Positions 12,368-23,393 of a stretch of 64,000 nucleotides of DNA are shown here, one piece after another. Both the position numbers and the translations under genes were made by a program. The notes beneath the pieces were generated by a model, which was not told where the DNA came from, ran no database searches, and saw only the letters and a list, made by a program, of their open reading frames with translations. Source of the stretch: Octopus sinensis (Eukaryota); contig NC_042997.1 of NCBI RefSeq assembly GCF_006345805.1, forward strand, positions 189,658,001 to 189,722,000, read 5' to 3'. Every line of letters begins with the position of its first letter. Position 1 is the stretch's first letter.

Positions 12368-12528
12368 TCAACTCTTAGATACGGAAACAGGTTTGCCAAG
12401 ATATGAGCTCTTGTGGAAATACTTTTTCAGTTCCCCTATTAGGCTTTTTGGTAGTTCCAAATCATCAATTTGATTACATGGAATGATGGCCCTTAATTTT
12501 TGCAGGCAGCATTCTTTTAGGTTGTAAA
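12368..12528 (-). CDS. VHL: VHL orthologue, coding exon 2 (alpha domain, BC box and Cul2 box, to stop)
   Basis: Acceptor (CT)n-CCCTTTCAG| at 12529/12528. The phase-1 join G|TT gives IVIPVYNLKECCLQKLR..LELPKSLIGEL, matching human ITLPVYTLKERCLQVVR..LDIVRSLYEDL. TGA at 12370-12368; joined CDS 474 nt = 157 aa. Confidence 0.93.
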
Positions 12529-12586
12529 CTGAAAGGGAGAGAGAGAGAGAGAGAAAAAAAATATTAATCAAATATACTTGAATACC

Positions 12587-12820
12587 TATTTCTTTATTAC
12601 CCACAAGGGGCTAAAAATAGAGGGGACAAACAAGGACAGACATAGGTATTAAGTCGATTACATCGACCCCAGTGCATAACTGGTACTTTAATTTATCGAC
12701 CCCGAAAGGATGAAAGGCAAAGTCGACCTCGGCGGAATTTGAACTCAGAACGTAACAGCAGACGAAAAACCGCAAAGCATTTCGCCCGGTGTGCTAACGT
12801 TTCTGCCAGCTCGCCGCCTT
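12587..12820 (-). mobile_element. SINE-B about 60 bp from the VHL acceptor
   Basis: TSD ATATACTTGAATACC at 12572-12586 and 12824-12838. Confidence 0.92.
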
Positions 12821-12927
12821 TTTATATACTTGAATACCACAGGTGCTAATACAGGTGAAATGTTGCTACACGTTTTTTCCAGCATGCTAACAATTCTGCT
12901 GTCTCACTGCCTCCCTGTAGCAGCAGC

Positions 12928-12972
<45 letters not shown>
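12928..12972. repeat. (AAT)n in the VHL intron
   Basis: Seen directly. Confidence 0.95.
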
Positions 12973-12975
<3 letters not shown>

Positions 12976-12984
12976 GATGATCAA

Positions 12985-13150
12985 AATCAAAATCGAAATC
13001 GACCAACATCAATGGAAATTGTAGAAGGGCATCCAGCCGTAGAAACATTGCCAGATCAGACTGGGCCTGGTGCAGCCTTCTGGCTTCCCAGACGCCAGTT
13101 GAACCGGCCAACCCATGCTAGCATGGAAAGTGGACGCTAAACGATGATTA
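12985..13150 (+). mobile_element. SINE-H 3' part (RTE-type tail)
   Basis: AAGGGCATCCAGC(C/T)GTAGAAAC..CCCATGCTAGCATGGAAA..GGACG(C/T)TAAACGATGA. Confidence 0.8.
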
Positions 13151-13521
13151 TTATTATTATTATTATCATTATTTATTTTTTTTTTTTCTTCTAACACTGA
13201 CACAAGGCCACAAACTTCCTGGAAGTAATCAGTCATTTGTAATGACACACGTCCATAATAGACATTTATTTTATAAACTTCTGAAAGATGAAAAGCAAAG
13301 CTAATCAGCAAAAGAATTTCAAATGACAATGTAAAGGGACATAACTAAATACTGCAAGTTATTTGGCTGCAACACACTACTTGGTTTCTAACATTCACTA
13401 CCTCAGTGCTAATACTAATAACTGTGATTTCTAAAAAAAATGTAAGCTCACAATACTTTTGGCAAGTGGTGAGGGGGAATGAAAAGGATTTGATTAGACT
13501 AAATGATAATTATTTTATACA

Positions 13522-13763
13522 TAGGCACAGGAGTGGCTGTGTGGTAAGTAGCTTGCTTACCAGCCACATAGTTCTAGGTTCATTCCCAACTGCATGGCAC
13601 CTTGGGCAAGTGTCTTCTACTATAGCCTCGGGCCGACCAAAGCCTTGTGAGTGGATTTGCTAGACAGAAACTGAAAGAAGCCCGTCGTATATATGTACAC
13701 ATATATGTGTGTATATGTATGTGTATCTGTGTTTGTCTCCCCAACATTGCTTGACAACTGATG
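13522..13763 (+). mobile_element. SINE-A, 3'-truncated (VHL intron)
   Basis: Matches SINE-A. Confidence 0.85.
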
Positions 13764-14689
13764 TAAAATGAAAATGATAGTAAATGATGTTAAAATGTTG
13801 ATATCAGGCATGTTCCATAAGTAAATTACTCAGGGTAGGCAGTTGGTGATGTTTATGTAATAAAACACACAAAAAAATAAGCAAAACACAGGCATGTGAC
13901 TGAGCTGGAGGCAGATTTACTTCTGCCTTTATAGCATGTAAAGAAAACGTTGTAGGAATGTACACAGCATGTGTACTACAGCAGTACTATGCATAGTTTT
14001 AATACTGAGACTGAAAAGCGAATTATGCCACCCAATCTATAAAAAAAAAAATATTTTGCATTTTATTCAGAGTAACCTTCATAATTTTATTAAATTAGGT
14101 GCCTATTTTGCCATAAAAGGAAAATGTTACTATCGATCTATTACATTCAGGGTAGGCACTGCCTACCTTGCCTACCAAGGTGATATGTATCTACACAACC
14201 AAAACAACCTTCCATTCATTCACTCTTTCAAACTAAGTAAATCTCACACCATCTCTAAAGGTGGCTGCTTAACTGCAGTAATGAACTAACGTGTCTGTTA
14301 TTTCAACCGGCCAACACTGTTTAACCTGTTGAAAACAAGCCAAAGCTTTCACGGTGGTTTAAATGAAGGCAATATTGGACAGCAGAGTTCATGATATACA
14401 AATGACCAGATGCTAATGATTTGAATGTATTTTATCAGAATTTTGTTCAATGACCGATTTAAGAACACAGAACAGCAACAGCTTTTACTTCATGCCAACA
14501 AGGTAAGACTTTAGCCCAAGTGTTCCACCTGCTAGATACAGGAAGTAAATTCCCCTCAAATCACATCTTGCCATGTTAAATAATTAGGAAAGGATACACT
14601 GGAAAAATGTAGTGTTAGAAATACATACAGCTGATATATATATATGTGCTTGAGATGACATATTGAGTCAAGTACATCAACATCAAAAA

Positions 14690-15003
14690 ATCAAATGGAA
14701 ATTGTAGTTGTGATGCCTGTGCCAGTGGCATGTAAAAAACACCATCCGAATGTGGCTGATGCCAGCGCCGGCTTGACTGGCTTCTGTGCCGGTGGCACGT
14801 AAAAAGCACCAACCTTTCATAGCTGTTGCAGAACCCCCTGGCACCTGTGCTGGTGGCATAGAGTGATTGGTGTTAGTAAGGGCATACAGCTGTAGAAACA
14901 CTGCCAGATCAGACTGGAGCCTGGTGCAGCCTCCTGGCTTCCCAGGCCCCGGTCGAACCGTCCAACCCATGCTAGCATGGAAAACGGACGTTAAACGATG
15001 ATG
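14690..15003 (+). mobile_element. SINE-H
   Basis: Same tail with internal GTGCC(A/G)GTGGCA repeats. Confidence 0.8.
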
Positions 15004-15149
15004 TTATATATACTTATAACAATAATTAAGGATTTAGCAACAAGTTGCTTCACCACATACCGAAAATTTAGAAATAGCAGCCAAAAGACCGTTATTTCTT
15101 TTTCCTACAAAATATGACTCCACAGATAACAATATATAACAATTCTTCT

Positions 15150-15213
15150 GCTATAGCCTGGGGCTATAGTAGAAGAATTTGGTAAACAGAAACTGAAAGA
15201 AGCACATTGTGTG

Positions 15214-15256
<43 letters not shown>

Positions 15257-15427
15257 GCATGTGCCTTTGTTTGTCCCCTGTCACTGCTTGACAGCTGGTG
15301 TTGGTGACAGAATAAGGACATGGCTTTAAAAAAACGTAGAAGGGTCGATTCTTTCGATTAAAAATTTTTCAAGGCGATGCCCCTTCATAGCTGCAGTCTA
15401 ATGACCAAAACAAGATAAAAGATAAAA
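15150..15427 (+). mobile_element. SINE-A, degenerate (abuts the VHL donor)
   Basis: Matches parts of SINE-A. Confidence 0.7.
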
Positions 15428-15439
15428 CAGAACATATAC

Positions 15440-15752
15440 CTGGTATTACAATGTTAACAACTCTGCGAGAAGTGCCATCACGTTGGTAGCAGTGAGCCAC
15501 TGGTTCATATACCTCCTTCAACTGGACTACTAATTTGTCACCCGTATTTGTATCCCGAAAAATCCATGGATGTCCGACAAAGGTGTTCACATCAACCCAA
15601 TGCTGGGATGACAAAGTTTTATAATGGACACTGACACCCTCATAGTTCAACCAAACTATATCAACTTCTCTTTCAGTACAGTTCATAAATCTTATATAAG
15701 ACTGTTGACAGGATGGCTGTGACCGGACTTTAGGAGCTTCAACTTCTGACAT
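15440..15752 (-). CDS. VHL: VHL orthologue, coding exon 1 (beta domain, aa 1-104 plus 1 nt)
   Basis: MSEVEAPKVRSQ..FMN..VWLNYEG..HYKTL..NTFVGHPWIFRD aligns with human pVHL at a constant offset of 54 (W34=W88, Y44=Y98, T57=S111, H61=H115, W63=W117). Donor CCAG|GTATAT at 15440/15439; acceptor TTTACTTTCAG| at 15802/15801 upstream of the ATG. Confidence 0.95.
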
Positions 15753-15907
15753 ATTTACAGATTCTGTTATTTACTATTTCGAAGGGACGTAATTCAGGAA
15801 ACTGAAAGTAAAACAAACAGTTGTCAAAAGTTTAAGCATTAAATAAGCATTGAAGGCGAAAGTTAAACTCAATTAGGAAGAAAACAAAAACAAACAAAAA
15901 AAAAACA

Positions 15908-16308
15908 TAGGAGTGGCTGTGTGGTAAGTAGCTTGCTTACCAATCACATGGTTCCAGGTTCAGTCCCACTGCATGGCACCTTGGGCAAGTGTCATCTACT
16001 ATAGCCTCGGGCCGACCAAAGCCTTGTGAGTGGATTTGGTAGACGGAAACTGAAAGAAGCTCGTCGTATATATGTATATATATATATGCGTGTGTGTGTT
16101 TGTGTGTCTGTATTTGTCCCCCTAGCATTGCTTGACAACCGATACTGGTGTGTTTATGTCCCCGTTACTTAGCGGTTCGGCAAAAGAGACCGATAGAATA
16201 AGTACTGAGCTTACAAAAGAATAAGTCCCGGGGTCGAGTTACTCGATTAAAGGCGGTGCTCCAGCATGGCCGCAGTCAAATGACTGAAACAAGTAAAAGA
16301 GAGTAAGA
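15908..16308 (+). mobile_element. SINE-A full length
   Basis: Matches SINE-A. Confidence 0.9.
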
Positions 16309-16729
16309 GTATCAAAAAAATTAATACCAGTAAAAATCTTCAACTCTAATACAAGAGTAGAAAAGAATAATACAAGTTCTCTCCCTTGAAAGTGGGTGAG
16401 ATGTTAGCTTCTCAACTGCATGATTTTCGGTTCAATCCCAGTTTGCGGAGGTGTCTCCTGTTATAGCGCCGTGTAAGTGGTTCTAGTTTACTAAAGGAAG
16501 CCAGTCCTATATATGTACATTTGTGAACTCCCGTTATTACGATAGCAAGTTGAACACCCCAACCACAAGGCCTTCACACACACGTTCATGATTACACAGG
16601 TTTAAAAACCAAAGCCGTGTTCCGGTTTGACTGAATAAGTACTAGGGTCAATATGATCAATTAAACCATTAAAGGTGCTCCAGTATGTTTACACTCCAAT
16701 ACCTGTAACTAATAATATATGTGTGTGTG

Positions 16730-17130
16730 TCTGTGTGGTAAGTAGCTTGCTAACCAACCACATGGTTCCGGGTTCAGTCCCACTGCGTGGCATCTTGGGC
16801 AAGTGTCTTCTGCTATAGCCCCGGGCCGACCAATGCCTTATGAGTGGATTTGGTAGACGGATACTGAAAGAAGCCTGTCGTATATATATATATATATATA
16901 TGTATGTATATGTGTGTGTGTTTGTGTGTCTGTGTTTGTCCCCCTAGCATTGCTTGACAACCGATGCTGGTGTGTTTACGTCCCCGTCACTTAGCGGTTC
17001 GGCAAAAAGAGACCGATAGAATAAGTACTGGGCTTACAAAGAATAAGTCCTGGGGTCGTTTCGCTCGACTAAAGGCGGTGCTCCAGCATGACCACAGTCA
17101 AATGACTGAAACAAGTAAAAGAGTAAAGAG
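16730..17130 (+). mobile_element. SINE-A
   Basis: Matches SINE-A. Confidence 0.9.
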
Positions 17131-17144
17131 TAATATATATATAT

Positions 17145-17625
17145 AGGCGTAGGTGTGGCTGGTTCCCAACCACATGGTCCCAGGTTCAGTTCCACTGCAT
17201 GACACATTGGGGAAGTGTCTTCTGCTATAGCCTCAGGCAGACCAAAGCCTTGTGAGTGGATTTGGTAGATGGAAACTGAAAGAAGCCCATTGAATATATA
17301 TATATATACATACACAAATTAGTATACATTTATACACAAGCCTTTAACAGGTTGCTAACGTACTAGAAAGAACAGTCAAAGAGTTCCTACCCTATATAAA
17401 TATATATATATATGTGAATGTGTGTGTGTTTGTCCTCCCACCATTGTTTGACAACCGATGTTGGTGTACTTACATCTCAATAACTTAGTAGTTCAGCAAA
17501 AGAGACCAATAGAATAAGTGCTAGGCTTACAAAGAATAAGTCCTGGGGTCGATTTGCTCAACTAAAGGCAGTGCTCCAGCAAGGCCGCAGTCAAGTGACT
17601 GAAACAAGTAAAAGAATAAAAGAAT
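17145..17625 (+). mobile_element. SINE-A with an enlarged spacer
   Basis: Head 17145-17295, tail 17420-17625. Confidence 0.8.
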
Positions 17626-17634
17626 ATAGTAGAC

Positions 17635-17898
17635 CAGTGGTTCCCGAAGTGTAAGGTACTGCCCCCTTGGGGGGGGGATCTAAGGGTGGGAGCATTGAAG
17701 TGGGGTGACCAAAAGGAGTCACTGGATGTAACACCCACCAAAAAATAATAATAGGCCAGGTTAATTAGGGTAAGTTTTATAGGTGAAATATAGTTGTTTT
17801 GAATTTGCTGCAGAAAGTGGTCTAAGTTTGTAATAGTGAGTGGGGGGGGACCCTAGTGTCAAGGGGGGCAGCAACCTGATAAAGTATGGGAACCACTG
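17635..17898. mobile_element. hAT (Charlie-like) MITE
   Basis: TIR CAGTGGTTCCC; perfect 8-bp TSD TAGTAGAC at 17627-17634 and 17899-17906. Confidence 0.9.
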
Positions 17899-17974
17899 TA
17901 GTAGACTATCCTGTTGTAAACGAAATGAATGTTTCAAAATTTCTTACTGGACAACCAGCACAGATGATTTCTTT

Positions 17975-18165
17975 ATACTGATGGCACGTAAAAAGCACCC
18001 ACTACACTCACGGAGTGGTTGGCGTTAGGAAGGGCATCCAGCTGTAGAAACATTGCCAGATAAGACTGGAGCCTGGTGCAGCCTTCTGGCTTCCCAGATC
18101 CCCGGTCGAACCGTCCAACCCATGCTAGCATGGAGAACGGACGTTAAACAATGATGATGATGATA
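17975..18165 (+). mobile_element. SINE-H 3' part
   Basis: Same tail plus (TGA)n. Confidence 0.85.
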
Positions 18166-18584
18166 AAATATTTGTATGTTTGCACTGTACCTTTGCTCAC
18201 CACAACCATTGAATCAATATCATATGTGCCACATGTGTGATGGCAAAGTGATTGCTTTGTGTGTACCACACATTAGATGGCAAAGTGATTGCTCTGCTCA
18301 AGAACACAATGCACTGCCTGGCTAGGGAATTGAAACTATGATCCCGTGATTATGAGTGCAATAAATTAACCATCAAGTTTACTGCGTTTATTGAACAAGA
18401 CTTTGAGCCAATTTTTTTGTGACACAGACCATTTTTGTTGCCATTTACAATAAGCATAGAAACAATGTACCTACATGGGTAGATAGACAAACACAAAAAT
18501 AATACTTTAATTATTCCACGTCCTGCGTTGCTGTGTTTTTTTCTCTTTTTTCTGTGTTTTCTTGTTTGGATTAACTTTATATAT

Positions 18585-18770
18585 CATCATCATCATTTAA
18601 CATCCGTTTTCTATGCTGGCAAGGCCAGGGGCTACATCTGGTCCCATAGTCTGTTTTGGCTTGGATTCTATGGTTGGATGCCCTTCGTAATGCCAACCAT
18701 TCCTCAACGTACACTGGGTGCTTTTTATGTGGCACCATCACCAGTGCTTTTGAAGTGGCACCATCACCAT
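18585..18770 (-). mobile_element. SINE-H 3' part, old
   Basis: Diverged match. Confidence 0.65.
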
Positions 18771-19736
18771 CTATATATATATATCATCAGTTTTGTCTGC
18801 TTTTCTATACTTTTTCTCTGTATTACAAGGCCTAAATATAGAGGGGACATAAAAAGACATGTGGAAACATAAAACACATGAAGGATGATATGTGAAATGA
18901 TATATAAGTAATGCAAATGAGACGGTCATCTCGCTCCTGCTGCGAGATTAAACCGTGAATTCCTTTTTACATTTAAACCTTTCAATAATGTCTAGTTTGA
19001 AACCGCGGCTTCTTTATTTATTTATCTATCGACCTGTCTGTCTGTCTACCTATCTATCTGTCTATCTTTTTATGTATCTATCTATCTATCTATCTATACA
19101 CACACAGTTCTGAGCCTAAAGGATAGCAGTGGGTCCATTGGAACTCCATAACTGGTTTGTATTTGTCTCTTGATGTGTGATCCCTCATAGCTGATAAGAA
19201 CCAGTGTTTGAAAATGTAATATGGTAAACAGAAGCTACATTCTACCAAAATAAATTTTCAACCTACAATTGGAGGAGGTGTAGAGTACATAATTTTTCTT
19301 TTCATTGAGAAATAAAATGGACAAAAGCTGTATAGAGTTTTGCTATATTTAATCTTTTTGTTAATATATTTCTGTAGATATACTCTGCCCTTATTACATG
19401 CAATTTTCAAAATAATGAAAACTTTATGCAAATTCTGCATGAATTAGGAAACAGTGGAGATTGAAATTTTGTAAATAGAATTATAAGGTTCCAGATATAA
19501 AATTAGACTATAGAAAATAGTCTAATATTTGGACTTATACGGGAAATAGTCTATTATTAATTAGACTACATTCCATAGTCAATATATGGTGAAGGCTTAT
19601 AATTCTATTTACAAAATGAAAGCTTTAGTTAAATAACTTTGTTATTGGTGTTTAGAGGATAAATTAACATGAAATGATGGTAAGTTTTAATTTAGATCAC
19701 TTTACAAGATTTTGAGACATGTAGCTTAATGGTTAA

Positions 19737-20100
19737 CCTTTTTGTTACTGTATATATTTTGAGATGCTCTGTATTTCTTTCAATTACTTTAAATATAACA
19801 AAGAATTTAGTAAAATAACTTGGTTATATTAGGTTGTCGCAAAAGTTCGTAAACACATGCGAAAATTGAATTTTTACTCGCCAAGTACTAACAAAAACAA
19901 CAAAAATTATTCCTCAAAATAAAGACCATTATTTTCCAAGACTTTCTACGAACTTTTGGGACAACCTTATAATTAAGCTAGCATTAGGAACAAAAATTGT
20001 GACTAAGATTTGGTGGAAGATATTAATTCAAAAATTATGAAAACAAGACATTTGTACAACAGAGCCAGAGCCGGTTTCAGCCGGGTTGGTAACAAAAGGA
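19737..20100. mobile_element. piggyBac-like MITE
   Basis: TTAA on both sides; TIR CCTTTTTGTTAC / GTAACAAAAGGA. A related fragment lies at about 8160. Confidence 0.75.
19829..19969. mobile_element. Mariner-type MITE nested in the piggyBac-like MITE
   Basis: TA|TTAGGTTGTCGCAAAAGTTCGT...ACGAACTTTTGGGACAACCTTA|TA. Confidence 0.85.
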
Positions 20101-20109
20101 TTAATGTGT

Positions 20110-20310
20110 TGAACACATGATTGTAAGATTGTGGTTTTGATGCCTAGACCAGGTGACATGTTGTGTTCTTGAGCAAAACACTTAATTTCACATTGCTCCA
20201 GTTCACTCAGCTGGCAAAAATGAGTAATCCTGGGACAGACCGATGTCCCATCCAGTGGGAAATAAATATGCCACAGAATCTGGCCCTATGAGTCTATATA
20301 ACTCAGGAAG
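20110..20310 (+). mobile_element. SINE head D plus degenerate tail G
   Basis: Diverged match. Confidence 0.65.
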
Positions 20311-20659
20311 GATTTTTATCCTTTTAAAACAAGTTTATATCACAGACGAAAGGATGGTCAAAGATAGGTTAAGGAATTTGCCTTCAACTTTTTTTGGAGT
20401 TTGTTGAAATAAAATTCCAGAGCGGTGGATTAACAGAGATGAATGAAATGTCTTTTTTTGACTCTTAGTATTCTGAGTTCTTCAGGGGTGGATATAATCT
20501 GTCTAGCACTTTAACACCATTATCTGATTTTTGAGTGCCTCAAATGGAATTCACTCAGTTATGAAGTGTTCAGCTAGTTACAGAATAATTAACACTCTCC
20601 CTACCACCAATGTTAGAGGTTCTGAAAAAATAAGGGTTTTAGGATTAAAGGGCTGCGAA

Positions 20660-20935
20660 GCTAACCCCAGTGGAATTTGAACTAGGAACAGCCACAAGAA
20701 ATACAATGCTAGTAAGCATTTTGTTCGACGTACTAACGATTCCATTAGCTTAGGCATAGAGGCAGATGTTGTGAGTGGTGTCTATCAATACCATCGACCT
20801 CAGTGCTGGACTGGTACTTTATTTTATCGACCCCAGTGCGCTGAAAAGCAAATTGACCTCGTCGTGATTTGAACTCTGAATGTAAAGAGCCGCAAGAAAT
20901 ACAAGGTATTTTCCAACAGTTCTAACAATTAGAGA
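20660..20935 (-). mobile_element. Old SINE-B-like fragments
   Basis: Diverged matches. Confidence 0.5.
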
Positions 20936-21794
20936 ACATTGCGGAGGTGTCGTGATGGCGTTTTAAAATACGCATCTAATGTTGAAATTATTTAATTTCT
21001 TTCAATAGTACTACAAGTAAATAAAAATATGCATAGAGCGCTGATTAGAGAGGTTCTATCGTTATATATATATTCGAAAAAACATAATACTGTATTATAA
21101 GAGGCAGATATTTTTGCGCCGGTGTATGGTCACGTTGTAAGTTGTCTAAAAATATTAAATCAACTCAGAACAGTTTTCCTGTATTCAGTGAGACTGGTGA
21201 TAGATGGTTCTTTCTTAATTTCCGTTCCATGTTGTGCCGCACATCCGGATGTGTTCGGACGATTCCAGTAGTACATATATCAGTCTTCCTATGATAAGTA
21301 AGAAGCTTCACACTGAACTTTTATCAATTTCTGGGAAGTGTGAAGCACTGTTAGTCGTCACACCCCCAACAGAGTCGATTCGGTAAATTTTTTCCAAATT
21401 TACCGTCGATTCTGGGAGAGAAAGAGATGGATCGATCATAGTGACTGGTCCTTTATTCATAGACATTAGATGTAGGGGTTTAATTCAAACCTAAGAGAGC
21501 CGGAACAAATGCTACAAGACATTCTATCCGATATTCTCAATGAATGGACATACTACTGTAATATTTTTACGTATATTGTCAGAGTAGTGAGGTGTAGGGC
21601 AGGCAATTGGGATACCAACGCCTGCATGTGTGTGTGTGTGTATATATAATGTAATAGTAAGCCAATGTTGTTATAATAAATAGTAATGTAAAAATCGACA
21701 TTACAAGATAACATGTCAACACGCAGCTGTTTACATTTAAAGGGAAAAAAATAAACAAAACTTAGAATGAAAACGTGTTAACCATACTATATAC

Positions 21795-21945
21795 CTCAAA
21801 TGTTAGGAATATGAGAAAATCTGTACAGATATGTCGGATTTATATTCCAACGACATCATTACGGACACTGACAAGAAAATCGAACAGAGAAACCATCCGT
21901 AGCTACACGTATAGAATGTTATCCGAACTTGTGTCTTGGCGATAA
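21795..21945 (-). other. Candidate non-coding first exon of VHL (5' end uncertain)
   Basis: Unique sequence directly below the promoter motifs, ending in donor TTTGAG|GTATAT (21795/21794). The 5' UTR acceptor at 15801 requires an upstream exon. No transcript evidence. Confidence 0.5.
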
Positions 21946-21954
21946 TATTTTGAT

Positions 21955-22020
21955 TGAGAAAGGAACATGGCGCGTGATTACTAAAAGCGCATGCGCAAAT
22001 TTGGTTTCCATTTCCGTTAG
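21955..22020. promoter_or_regulatory. Housekeeping-type core promoter, probably of VHL
   Basis: YY1-like AACATGGCG 21964-21972, NRF1-type palindrome GCGCATGCGC 21987-21996 and ETS-like ATTTCCGT, clustered in CpG-containing unique DNA. Confidence 0.6.
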
Positions 22021-22111
22021 TTGTGTCAGTTTCAAATTATACTACCAACTGACTATCCGGCTTTCAGAAATCTGGAATCTCCAGAAATCCGGAATGCTGT
22101 GTAATAAACTG

Positions 22112-22535
22112 GGATCTTTTCGGTTTGAACGGCAGTTTTTTTCTAGCGGTGTCATATGAAATTGTCACCCATAATTATGACCCTAGTATCGATCTATTGC
22201 ATTTCAATCTGTTTTAGGGTTAGGGTTAGGTTTAGGGGTGGAGGGAAGGGTATCTTTTTTTTCTTTAGAAATGTAAATAAATCCAATCCGTTTTTTAAAC
22301 GAGGGACATATTCATATGGCACAGAATGTTTCACCTCAATAGACGTCATTGATTGGTTGAAATTGCAGAAATTGAAGAAAAAAACCCAACAAATATCTTA
22401 CAAACTATAGAATTTTCTCAATAAAGCCAAGAGAAAAAGATGTTTTATAAACACGTTCTACCAGTATACGAAGTTTAAAATGATTAGTTATGTGGAAATT
22501 ATTTTAAAAAACTGCCGTTCAAACCAAAAAGATCC
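22112..22535. mobile_element. Second copy of the 10471-10881 MITE, in opposite orientation
   Basis: Same TIRs and body, roughly 90% identical by eye; no clear TSD. Confidence 0.85.
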
Positions 22536-22795
22536 CAAGATCCTAATTATGCCTACGGTATATTCAAAATGGTTTTCTTCTTTACTTTTTAAGTGGATTG
22601 ATGAATGTTAAGCATACAGTGCTAAGTGTATTAAGTTGTATAAGTTAAATAATATATTCTTATTTTATAAAGCCTAGTCCTTATTCTGTCATTTTCTTTT
22701 GGCGAACCGCTACATTTTGAGGAAGTAACCACACCAACACAGATTGTTAAGCGATGGTGGAGGGTAAATGCAGACACAAAGACACACACGCATCG

Positions 22796-22840
<45 letters not shown>

Positions 22841-22894
22841 TACACACACACACATGTATACACACACACACGATGAGTTTCTTTCAGTTTCTTA

Positions 22895-23180
22895 TTTCTT
22901 TACTGCCCACAAGGGGCTACACAGGGGACAAACAACGACAGACAAAGGGCTTAAGTCAATTATACCGACCCCAGTGCGTAACTGGTACTTATTTAATCGA
23001 CCCCGAAAGAATGAAAGGCAAAGTCGACCTCGGCGGAATTTGAACTCAGAACGTAGCGGCAGACGAAATCCTTATTTCTTTACTACCCACAAGGGGCTAA
23101 ACACAGAGGGAATAAACAAGGACAGACAAACGGATTAAGTCGATTATATCGACCCCAGTGCGTAACTAGTACTTATTTAA
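22895..23180 (-). mobile_element. SINE-B headless 1.5-mer
   Basis: Tandem body units. Confidence 0.85.
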
Positions 23181-23184
23181 GTAC

Positions 23185-23393
23185 CAGTTACGCCTGACTG
23201 GCCCTCGTGCCAGTGGCACATAAAAGCACCCCCTACACTCTCGGAATGGTTGGGGTTAGGACGGGCATCCACCTGTAGAAACTCTGCCAGATCGGATTGG
23301 AGTCTGGTGCAGCCATCTGGTTCGCCAGACCTCAGTCAAATCGTCCAACCCATGTTAGCATGGAAAGCGGGCGTTAAACGCTGATGGTGATGA

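Noticed and set aside
18918-18959. SECIS-like ATGA..TGAA hairpin
   Set aside because: No apical AA motif, irregular quartet register, and antisense within an intron.
21305-21416. H/ACA snoRNA (two hairpins)
   Set aside because: No ANANNA hinge or terminal ACA in the right place on either strand.
22214-22240. Telomeric TTAGGG repeats
   Set aside because: Only 2-3 imperfect units, internal to the MITE, with a shorter version in the other copy.
21929-22410. Plus-strand ORFs at the promoter
   Set aside because: No homology recognised; the second lies entirely within the MITE.
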